IMG/VR virus record: IMGVR_UViG_3300028042_000003
Location: 1-42,165 of that record
DNA from: a virus
Direction: 5' to 3' (one strand)
Length of the DNA: 42,165 nucleotides
Below the pieces are notes generated by a model. That model did not search any database. It saw only the letters and a program-made list of their open reading frames with translations, and was not told where the DNA came from. Of this stretch, positions 8,070-16,316 are shown one piece after another (position 1 is the stretch's first letter; each line of letters begins with the position of its first letter). Position numbers and translations under genes: made by a program.

Positions 8070-9203
8070 ATGAATAATAAAAGCACAAGTTTATACAACT
8101 CAGAACCCATTGACTTCACCAAAGAACCAATGTTTCTAGGGTCCGGTAAAAACACCCAAAGATTTGATCAACTGAAATACAAGTTCTTCGATGATAGAAA
8201 CGCAAAAATGCAAGGATTCGATTGGACATTTGATGAGGTATCTCTAAAAGATGATTACATCGATTTCAATACCAAAATGAAAACACATGAGCAATTCATG
8301 TACACTAAGGTTCTCCAAAAACTGATTTTCCTAGATAGCCTTCAAGGGCGTGGCATTCTTTTGACATTAGGTCAAATTTGTACCTTACCAGAGCTTGAGA
8401 ATGCGATGCTTACATGGGAATATTTCGAAGGGGCTAAACACTCAAAAACTTACACAGAAAACCTAAAGGGTGTTTACAACAACCCAAGCGAAATCTTTGA
8501 CCAAAGTTTTGAAATACCTGAACTTATGGAACTAGCTAAGAAAATATCAGGTCCCTACGATGATGCGTATGAAATGATTATTGAGTTTCAATACAAGACA
8601 ATCAAGAACCTCCAGGTAACTCCAGATTTCATAAAACGTCTCAAAAAGTCAGTTCTTAGATTAGTTATGGTTATCAACTTACTAGAAGGCGTAAGATTCT
8701 ATAGTGGTTTTGCTACTATTTGGGCACTAAATAAGTCACAAGGATATGTTGAAGGAACAAGTAAAAACCTAAAATTGATTTGTAGAGATGAGAATGTTCA
8801 CTTACAGTTGACCCAAATGATGCTGAAGCTTATGAAAAAAGAAGAAGACGAAGGGTTCACGGAGATCTACAAAGAACTCACACCAGAAATAGATCAATTA
8901 TTCCAGGACTGCTACGATGAAGAATGTACATGGATTGACTATACATTCAGTCAAGGTTCGATACTAGGTCTGAATGCTGAGATAAGCAAACAATACCTTG
9001 AGTTTATTATCAACAAACGAAGAAGAAGCCTAGGGCTGCCGATTATGTTCCAAAACAGAGGAACTAACCCTCTACCCTGGGTGGAACATTATATAGATTT
9101 TTCAGATAATGAGGTACTTCCGCAAGAAACAGAAATTGTGAACTACATCAGTGGTGGTGTAAATAACGATGAAACAACCAATTACGATAAAATGAAATAC
9201 TAA
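8070..9203 (+). CDS. nrdB: Ribonucleotide reductase class Ia beta subunit
   Basis: FLDSLQ, E..KHSKTY (radical Tyr), LEGVRFYSGF, RDENVH, PQETEI. Confidence 0.97.
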   Translation: MNNKSTSLYNSEPIDFTKEPMFLGSGKNTQRFDQLKYKFFDDRNAKMQGFDWTFDEVSLKDDYIDFNTKMKTHEQFMYTKVLQKLIFLDSLQGRGILLTLGQICTLPELENAMLTWEYFEGAKHSKTYTENLKGVYNNPSEIFDQSFEIPELMELAKKISGPYDDAYEMIIEFQYKTIKNLQVTPDFIKRLKKSVLRLVMVINLLEGVRFYSGFATIWALNKSQGYVEGTSKNLKLICRDENVHLQLTQMMLKLMKKEEDEGFTEIYKELTPEIDQLFQDCYDEECTWIDYTFSQGSILGLNAEISKQYLEFIINKRRRSLGLPIMFQNRGTNPLPWVEHYIDFSDNEVLPQETEIVNYISGGVNNDETTNYDKMKY

Positions 9204-9211
9204 GGACGAAA

Positions 9212-10642
9212 GTGAAAGAAATACAAGTAATAAAATCCAAGGGACACAAAGTAAAATTCAACCCTGAGAAGATCACAGAACGAACACTCCAAGCGTGTGA
9301 AAACCTTACTGGTGTATCGGCTTCTCAAATAGAAATGAACGCCAACTTGAACATCCAAAATAATACAACCACAAGAGATATTCAACAAGCAATGATTTCA
9401 TCAGCTGCTGAACTTATTTCAGAAGAAACGCCTAATTATGAGTTTGCCGCTGCTAGGCTTTTAAACCAACAAATAAGAAAAGACGCTGGCGACAGCTATG
9501 AGCCAATGGACTTCTATGCGTCAATCCAAAAGAATATCAAGTTGGGGTTGTATGACCCTAGTATTCTTGAATCTTACACCCGTGAAGAAATTGATTACTT
9601 TGGTTCTAAAATAAAATACCAACGTGATGACACTTTCGCTTACACGGGGTTGAAACAACTAGCTTCTAAATACCTTATCAAACAAGACGGAAAGGTAGTA
9701 GAAACACCACAAGCAATATTTATGTTGATGCAGATGTATATCTTTGCGGATTACGTTACGAAGTACGACCAAAAAACAAGAACCAAATGGGTGCTAGAGG
9801 GATATAGGGTGTTGTCAACACATGAAGCATCTTTACCTACACCCGTTATGAACGGTCTAAGAACCCTTTTCAAAAGATTCATCAGTTGTAACCTCATTGA
9901 CGGCGGAGATACTACAAATTCTTTATCTTTAGCTACTGCGTTTATTATGATGATGACAGCTAACAAAAGTGGGATTGGTATTTCGGCTACTTCGATAAGA
10001 GGGCTTGGTGCTAACATTGGACCAGGCAGAGTGAAACATACCGGTATTTTGCCTATTGTCAAAGCATGGCAAGCGGCAACTGGCGCATTCACACAAGAAG
10101 GTAGAGGTGGAGCAGCTTCTGTATCTTACTTATTTTTCAATTACGAAGCAGATCTTATTATGCAACTTGGTAATGCTAAAGGAACAGAAGATACAAGAGC
10201 CCGTCATATAGACCATACAATGGTGTTCAATAAATTATTCTTTGACCGTGTGAAAGAAGATGGAGACATTACATTATTCCACATGAACGAAGTACCAGGA
10301 CTAGAAGCTCTAATTGGTAAACCTGAATTTGATGATTTGTATATAAAATATGAAAAGTCAGTTTCAAAAGAACATAAGCAAACGGTCAAAGCTAGAGAAT
10401 ACCTGTCTAAGTTTCTAAATGAGAGATTCCTTCAAGGAAGAATGTATTTTACATTTGCTGATAACTGTGACCAACAAGGTCCATGGAAAATACCAGTTTA
10501 TGTCAGTAATTTATGCCTTGAAATATTGGTGCCGATAAGTCCATTGGATCACACCCCCGTCGAAACAAAAAGAGTAAGAGTAAAAAAAGAAGACTACGAC
10601 GAATACATAAAACTAAAATACCAAAACGGTAATGGAAAATAA
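9212..10642 (+). CDS. nrdA: RNR alpha subunit, N-terminal fragment (NrdA-a)
   Basis: GTG start; ATP cone; PTPVM, FISCNL (C225 equivalent), SNLCLEI (N437/C439/E441 equivalents), then stop. Confidence 0.93.
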   Translation: MKEIQVIKSKGHKVKFNPEKITERTLQACENLTGVSASQIEMNANLNIQNNTTTRDIQQAMISSAAELISEETPNYEFAAARLLNQQIRKDAGDSYEPMDFYASIQKNIKLGLYDPSILESYTREEIDYFGSKIKYQRDDTFAYTGLKQLASKYLIKQDGKVVETPQAIFMLMQMYIFADYVTKYDQKTRTKWVLEGYRVLSTHEASLPTPVMNGLRTLFKRFISCNLIDGGDTTNSLSLATAFIMMMTANKSGIGISATSIRGLGANIGPGRVKHTGILPIVKAWQAATGAFTQEGRGGAASVSYLFFNYEADLIMQLGNAKGTEDTRARHIDHTMVFNKLFFDRVKEDGDITLFHMNEVPGLEALIGKPEFDDLYIKYEKSVSKEHKQTVKAREYLSKFLNERFLQGRMYFTFADNCDQQGPWKIPVYVSNLCLEILVPISPLDHTPVETKRVRVKKEDYDEYIKLKYQNGNGK

Positions 10643-11458
10643 ATGTATCATTATACATACAACATAATAAATCTCCAAACAATGAAAAAATACATTGGGG
10701 TGAGGTCATCTGAGTTATCACCAGAGGATGATTTAGGTGTTTATTATTTTTCGAGCTCGGCTAATACTAATTTTATAAAGAGTCAGAAAGATACCCCAAG
10801 TGATTTTCATTATGATGTATTGGGTGTTTTTGATACAAGAAAAGAAGCAGCAAACCATGAAATTGAACTACACAATTTTTATAATGTTGGCTCAAATCCG
10901 GAGTTTATAAATCAATGTAAATCAATATCCACTGGGTATAGCACTTTGGGTACCAAACATACGAACCCAAATAAACCTGGAATAAATAACTCTAACGCTA
11001 AACAGAAGATAGTTTATTTGTGGGACACCAGCATTCTAAAATGTGATGGAAATATAACATCATTTTATAGAAATGTAAACTCAAACGCAATAATAAAAAT
11101 AGAGGATTACAAAAACCAAAAATATCATTCTTTATATAAAAACGAAATAATAAAAATTTATGATTATATTCCAAATCATACATTCTTGAAAAAGACACAT
11201 AATGTGATAATAACACCCAACAATGGAACCTTTTATTTTTGTGGAAATATAGGCTCATTCAAAGACAAAATAAAAAATAGTAGATCAAAACAAATAAAAT
11301 ACAAAATTTCAAATGGCTATCCTATTCATTTGAACATTACTAACAAACCACCAGCAGTTTTTACTTTGAACGATGTAGAATGTCCTAAATGTGGAAAGAC
11401 TGGAACTTCCCGCCAAATGACCAGATATCATTTTGATAATTGTAAGAAATCTAAATGA
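10643..11458 (+). mobile_element. GIY-YIG (Seg-like) homing endonuclease inserted in nrdA
   Basis: YHYTY..N....KKYIGVRS, YFSSS, EA..HE; C-terminal CPKC..MTRYHFDNC. Confidence 0.8.
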
Positions 11459-11613
11459 TTACTCAACAAGAGATGGAACTCATAGAAACTATTGCGGATT
11501 TCAAAGAGCGAATAACGAAAACAAGCGGTGTTGATGAAGAGTGGTATCAAGAGAAGATAGACGAGTTAGAAGACCTACTCGAGATAATAAAAGAAAATAA
11601 AGGAACATTATGA
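11455..11613 (+). CDS. 52-aa acidic helical ORF between the endonuclease and nrdA-b
   Basis: Read manually (MITQQEMELIETIADF...KGTL); ATGA overlaps at both ends. Confidence 0.55.
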   Translation: MITQQEMELIETIADFKERITKTSGVDEEWYQEKIDELEDLLEIIKENKGTL

Positions 11614-12620
11614 TAACAAATTTATACGAAATAGTAGACAAAAACGAACCAGAAGAAGAGGGGTATTACTACTTTGACGAATCTTTTGGAATAAACAATT
11701 CACCTATGGCATCAGCAGAAGTTGGGTGCTGTATCCTAGCAGCGATGAACCACGGAAAAGTAACAGACGAAAGAGTACCGGTTGTATCAGAATATCTTGT
11801 ACGTTTCTTAGATAATATGATTGATTACATGGATTACTCACATGAAGAAATTGAACGTCCAGCTAAAATGAGAAGAACCCTTGGGATTGGTGACTCAGAT
11901 GTATTCCATTACCTAGCTAAAAATAAAAAATTCTACAACACCCAAGAAGGTCGCGAATTTATGCACGCAAGAAAAGAGCTTATGAGCTTCCATCTCCATA
12001 GAGCGAGTATTCAATTAGCAGAAGACTTTGGTGCTTGTGAACTTATAGCAGACACTAAGTACCAAGATGGTTGGTTCCCTATTGATAGCTACAACAAAAA
12101 TACAGATGAGCTTATATCACAACCACTTAGACAAGATTGGGAAAGCCTAAGAAAGCGTCAAATACAGTTTGGACAACGTCACAGTACTCTCCAAGCAAAT
12201 GCGCCCGTTGCTAATTCAGCTAAACCAAGTGGATCAACAAGTGGAATAGAACCACCACGTTTCTTAGCTACGGTAAAAGAAGATAAAACAATAGTTACTC
12301 AGTTGGTTCCAGGCTATCAAGCACTAAAACACCAGTACACCACAGCATGGTCACCTGAATTCAATAACATAGATTACTTCAAATTTGTATCATTGATTCA
12401 AAAATTTGTAGACCAAAGTATGTCTACTAACCAGTACACTGAACTAGCAAGATACGAGAACCAAAAGGTTCCATTGAGTGTCCTAGAAGATGAGTTTTTT
12501 ACTGCTAAACGATACGGTCTCAAAACGATGTATTACCAAAACACAAGAGCAGCAGACCTAAAAGATGGTCTTGAAGAAGAAGCATCAGATGCTTGTGGGT
12601 CGGGAGGGTGTAGCATATGA
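11610..12620 (+). CDS. nrdA: RNR alpha subunit, C-terminal fragment (NrdA-b)
   Basis: Own AAAGGA SD + ATG; EVGCCIL (C462 equivalent), RTLGIG, SGIEP, GLKTMYY, terminal CGSGGC. Confidence 0.93.
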   Translation: MITNLYEIVDKNEPEEEGYYYFDESFGINNSPMASAEVGCCILAAMNHGKVTDERVPVVSEYLVRFLDNMIDYMDYSHEEIERPAKMRRTLGIGDSDVFHYLAKNKKFYNTQEGREFMHARKELMSFHLHRASIQLAEDFGACELIADTKYQDGWFPIDSYNKNTDELISQPLRQDWESLRKRQIQFGQRHSTLQANAPVANSAKPSGSTSGIEPPRFLATVKEDKTIVTQLVPGYQALKHQYTTAWSPEFNNIDYFKFVSLIQKFVDQSMSTNQYTELARYENQKVPLSVLEDEFFTAKRYGLKTMYYQNTRAADLKDGLEEEASDACGSGGCSI

Positions 12621-12910
12621 TAATATCTGCATCTAGTGACCTTATAATTATAATGCTACATGAACAACGAAACGAAATGAATCATAGGGCTCCAGCTAAA
12701 ATACATAAGCTCAATGTGACTAAAAACATGATACCTGATAATTTATTTGTGTCCAAGTTTGAAGAAGGTCACACCGTTTATACCATCGAGATAAATGAAT
12801 TCAGAATTAGGTCCAAGAATGTTTCCCTAATTGAAAAACTTTATGAAATTTTATTAGGTGACCTAAAAGAAAAAACCCTGGAGGACGTGTTACCTGAGAT
12901 AGCACTTTAG
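12617..12910 (+). CDS. Hypothetical protein
   Basis: ATGA-coupled to nrdA-b; ends VLPEIAL. Confidence 0.55.
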   Translation: MIISASSDLIIIMLHEQRNEMNHRAPAKIHKLNVTKNMIPDNLFVSKFEEGHTVYTIEINEFRIRSKNVSLIEKLYEILLGDLKEKTLEDVLPEIAL

Positions 12911-12926
12911 GGAATTTAGAACTTTT

Positions 12927-12950
12927 TAAGGTTTATTTGTTATAATAGTA
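12927..12950 (+). promoter_or_regulatory. Early promoter
   Basis: TAAGGTTTATTTGTTATAATAGTA. Confidence 0.75.
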
Positions 12951-12963
12951 AAAGGAAAAGACA

Positions 12964-13212
12964 ATGATTATATACGAAGAAGAAAACATAAAAACACTAG
13001 TTCCAAAAGAAACTATTTGTGATAAATGTCTCAAACCCAAAGAAGATCTTATTGAAATAAGATATCAATATGGATACGGTTCAGACAAAGACGGAGATTA
13101 CATAGAAACTGATTTATGTATTGATTGTTTTGAAAAGATAATAGAAAAAGAAGATATCAAAGTAAGAGTATTTGCCGATGATATAACAACAGAATTTGAT
13201 GGGATGGTATAA
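12964..13212 (+). CDS. Small Zn-binding hypothetical protein
   Basis: CDKC...CIDC. Confidence 0.65.
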   Translation: MIIYEEENIKTLVPKETICDKCLKPKEDLIEIRYQYGYGSDKDGDYIETDLCIDCFEKIIEKEDIKVRVFADDITTEFDGMV

Positions 13213-13382
13213 TGGAAGCACATAAAGCAAGCGTTTTAGACGTGATAATGGTTTTAGTTTGGTTCATAGGTCTGCTAAGTATTTTTTGGATGCCATATAT
13301 TGGTTACTTAGCTTTCTCTATTGTAGCTGGTTTTTACGCTGGATGCGTAGTAGGAAAAGTGTTTACACACGGGATACGCTAA
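13212..13382 (+). CDS. 56-aa membrane protein (two TM segments)
   Basis: Read manually (MEAHKASVLDVIMVLVWFIGLL...); TAATG overlaps at both ends. Confidence 0.6.
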   Translation: MEAHKASVLDVIMVLVWFIGLLSIFWMPYIGYLAFSIVAGFYAGCVVGKVFTHGIR

Positions 13383-13630
13383 TGTCAGTACGAGAAAAAA
13401 ATGTAGGCAATAGCAACTACGCAGAACACAAAATCCAACCTTGGGATATTTGGTTGGATTGGGAATTGAACCCGTGGGATGCTGATATTATAAAAAGAAC
13501 ACTCAGAACGAAAGAAGGGGAATCTAGAATTATGGATTATCAAAAAATTATGCACGTATGTGAAGAAAGAATTAGACAAATTGTAGAAGCAGAAGCTCTT
13601 TCTGCTATGTGTCCAAAGGTTCAAAAATGA
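13382..13630 (+). CDS. DUF3310 (SaV / T7 gp1.7-like) protein
   Basis: VGNSNY..HKIQPWD..IIKR..R.K...DYQK; start reassigned to ATG 13382. Confidence 0.7.
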   Translation: MSVREKNVGNSNYAEHKIQPWDIWLDWELNPWDADIIKRTLRTKEGESRIMDYQKIMHVCEERIRQIVEAEALSAMCPKVQK

Positions 13631-13848
13631 TAAAAGATAATACAACACCACCCCAAAAACCAGAAAAAGATAGAAGAATACTAACCGAAGACACCGCCAC
13701 TCATTTACTTGAGTTGTTATTTGTGTCTATATTTTTATTCATATTTGGTGCTTTAGCAAATTATATTGGAACTATTTATGGTGTCAATTTTCTAATCGGA
13801 ATGTGTACTGGAACCTTAGCTTATCTTACCATTAGGAAGAAAAAATGA
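13627..13848 (+). CDS. Small membrane protein
   Basis: ATGA coupling; two hydrophobic segments. Confidence 0.6.
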   Translation: MIKDNTTPPQKPEKDRRILTEDTATHLLELLFVSIFLFIFGALANYIGTIYGVNFLIGMCTGTLAYLTIRKKK

Positions 13849-14174
13849 TAGGAACATTTCTTTTTGGGTTGACAATAGGAGTTATACTAGGTGGGGTTAT
13901 TGGATTAGTATATAGCAGAACAGCTACACTTACAGATTTGATATCTAGAGTAGATAAAATCAAGTTTGATATGGAGGTTTTGTCAACAGAGCGAAACTTT
14001 TATAAAGGTGAATTAGAAAAACAAAAAAAGTGGGATGATTTTTTACCTACCCAATATCCTCAACACCAACCTCCAGAGCTATTCAACGCTAATCTCAAAA
14101 AGGACGAGAAGGGCAAATTCAACCCAGATGACGTTCCTGGAGTATTTGATGGAGTATTTGGAGAGATAAAATGA
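13845..14174 (+). CDS. Membrane-anchored coiled-coil protein
   Basis: N-terminal Gly-rich TM helix. Confidence 0.6.
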   Translation: MIGTFLFGLTIGVILGGVIGLVYSRTATLTDLISRVDKIKFDMEVLSTERNFYKGELEKQKKWDDFLPTQYPQHQPPELFNANLKKDEKGKFNPDDVPGVFDGVFGEIK

Positions 14175-14359
14175 GTTTCAACACAACCACAAGCACATAT
14201 ACGGATAGATACACAATCGGGACGACCGTCTCGTCGCTAAACCAATCTAAATCTGAAATTATCATAGAAGCAGATGGAGAGCGTATTGTGATTACTGCCA
14301 GAATGCTAAAGAGAATGATTGAACTAATAAAAAGAGAATTTCCAGAGGATGAATTATGA
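14171..14359 (+). CDS. Hypothetical protein
   Basis: ATGA coupling; ends EFPEDEL. Confidence 0.55.
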   Translation: MSFNTTTSTYTDRYTIGTTVSSLNQSKSEIIIEADGERIVITARMLKRMIELIKREFPEDEL

Positions 14360-14550
14360 TTATAAACGACCTTACTATGTTATCCACTCAACTTGAGGTT
14401 TGGAAGGCATACTTGAAGCTAGATGTTACCCCTGATAAATATCAGTTGCAAATGGAACTGAATACTTTATTACTAAAAAATATAACCCCAGATACTCTAT
14501 TAGAGCTCCGGGAATTTATAGCTAGGCTTGAGAAGCTTGTTCAGCCGTAA
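14356..14550 (+). CDS. Hypothetical protein
   Basis: ATGA coupling; last gene of the early operon. Confidence 0.5.
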   Translation: MIINDLTMLSTQLEVWKAYLKLDVTPDKYQLQMELNTLLLKNITPDTLLELREFIARLEKLVQP

Positions 14551-14899
14551 ACAACTCTTGCTCTAAAACATCAAGATCTTTTCGCCATTGTGGTTTTGTG
14601 TTGTTTGTAGTTGCGAAATCAGCTAATAACGCATCAATCCATGGACAACCATAAGAGATAGTCTCAGCGGATATAGTCACATTAGTCATGTTAGCTTCTT
14701 TGAAGTTAGCATACGTTAGAATAGCACCACTAAAGTTTACATTTTCTAGGTTCGCATTTCTAAAATTTGAACCCGTTAGGTCTTTACCAGTAAAGTCTTG
14801 TCCTTGGAGATCTTGTCCTTGGAAGTCTTGGTACTGTGTGTCTGCTGTATTTTCTGATTGGATTCTTTGAATCTCTGTTTGTAATTCTTGTATTGTCAT
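14522..14899 (-). CDS. Pentapeptide-repeat protein
   Basis: QDFQG QDLQG QDFTG KDLTG SNFRN ANLEN VNFSG AILTY ANFKE. Confidence 0.85.
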   Translation of the reverse strand: MTIQELQTEIQRIQSENTADTQYQDFQGQDLQGQDFTGKDLTGSNFRNANLENVNFSGAILTYANFKEANMTNVTISAETISYGCPWIDALLADFATTNNTKPQWRKDLDVLEQELFTAEQASQA

Positions 14900-14909
14900 T
14901 TAGTTTCCT

Positions 14910-16316
14910 TTATTTGATTGCATCGTATGTTAGCTCTGTCATTTTATTGCCAGTTGCGCTCATTTTTACCTTTGTTACAATTGATCCAGATGGGGTAATT
15001 GGTTTATCTGTGAATGTTCTATATGTTTTTAGAGCTGTAGACGTCGTAAAATAAGTATCCATCAACTTCGTAAAAGGATTACCATTGAACTCTACAGCTT
15101 CATCTACCCTATATACTCTTGATGGGACTTCACCATTTGTTATTGATGTGGTGTCCATAGTGTATGGTCCAGTTCCAGTCACACCACTAGCTACAACCTC
15201 ATGAACCGAGTTATCATCTTTTACTATAACTAGGTTATCTCCATTTTTTATAAGTTCTGTTGTTTTGAGATTATTAGCTGTTGAGTTTGCACTTATATTT
15301 TTGAACTCAAACTTTCCTGCTATATTTTTAACCTTGCTTATCACATCGTTTGTTGAATGCAACATTTCAATTTCAGCGATAGATAAGTTTGTACTTTCAG
15401 TTGCCGATGTGTTTATTTCATACTTTTCATAAACCGTTGTGTTTTCAAGAAAGAACCAAGAAAACTCACCGTCTATGTATGTTTGATTAGTTACTGATAA
15501 CAAAACATCATTTTGAGCACCTTTGTGTCCTACTATTGTAAAATCTTTTGGAGCCTCATCGATATATTCATGTCTTGGTTTGATTTTTATGACATTCACC
15601 ACTTTTGGTTTAGGTAGAGTATATCCTATTCGCTCTGGGAATAATGCGTTTGGATTTGCTACCCATGCAGTATGTCCTGCTCCATCAAAAGCATGAAACG
15701 CTGATGAACCATATTCACTATCAGCATATGCAAGTCCAAGTGGTTGATTATTATGTGTCATTTTAGGCACAAAATTTATAGGTTTTGATAGTCCTGCACC
15801 AAAAAATCTGATGTTTGATATTTTTAGTATCGGTTCACCGTCTGGTACCAATGTTGTTACGTTAATTCTGAAGTACTTGTAAGAAGCTGGTCTTAGATTA
15901 TATGTGTTAGTGCCATTGTCTACAAAAACCTCTTCCGTAAAAGTTTCAACTGTTGTCCATGAAGAACCATCGCTACTACCATCTAATGTAAAATTATATG
16001 GCGCTCTTCTATGGTTCGGGAGAGTTATTCTGAATCCAGTTATTGTTTGTGTAGAAGGGTATTCTATTTTTATCCACTTTGGTAAAGTTCCGCCATTTGA
16101 GTGTGTCATCCAAGGTGTTGTTCCTTCTTCGAATGCTCTCCATGCTTCAAATCTATTATCCCACACCTCACTGGCAGTAATAATGTTTGGTGTTGTTATT
16201 GCTGTTTGATATGGTAGTTCTGTAGCAAAATGTGGTGTAGCTTTACTAACCGCTACCCCGTCTGTACCAGTACACACTAATGCGTTACTGGAACTCTCTA
16301 CATTATTTAAACTCAT
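14910..16316 (-). CDS. Fibre/receptor-binding protein with two discoidin (F5/8 type C)-like domains
   Basis: Two AWRAF/AFHAFDG..W...APxxF.(L/I).G..Y.Y units. Confidence 0.7.
   Translation of the reverse strand: MSLNNVESSSNALVCTGTDGVAVSKATPHFATELPYQTAITTPNIITASEVWDNRFEAWRAFEEGTTPWMTHSNGGTLPKWIKIEYPSTQTITGFRITLPNHRRAPYNFTLDGSSDGSSWTTVETFTEEVFVDNGTNTYNLRPASYKYFRINVTTLVPDGEPILKISNIRFFGAGLSKPINFVPKMTHNNQPLGLAYADSEYGSSAFHAFDGAGHTAWVANPNALFPERIGYTLPKPKVVNVIKIKPRHEYIDEAPKDFTIVGHKGAQNDVLLSVTNQTYIDGEFSWFFLENTTVYEKYEINTSATESTNLSIAEIEMLHSTNDVISKVKNIAGKFEFKNISANSTANNLKTTELIKNGDNLVIVKDDNSVHEVVASGVTGTGPYTMDTTSITNGEVPSRVYRVDEAVEFNGNPFTKLMDTYFTTSTALKTYRTFTDKPITPSGSIVTKVKMSATGNKMTELTYDAIK

Noticed and set aside
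10643-11609. Group I intron or intein in nrdA
   Set aside because: The insert is fully occupied by ORFs with no room for an intron core. nrdA-b has its own SD and ATG, and there are no intein C...HN-C/S termini.
13259-13381. N-terminal extension of the DUF3310 ORF
   Set aside because: The region is better explained by the coupled membrane ORF 13212-13382; the family motif starts at ATG 13382.
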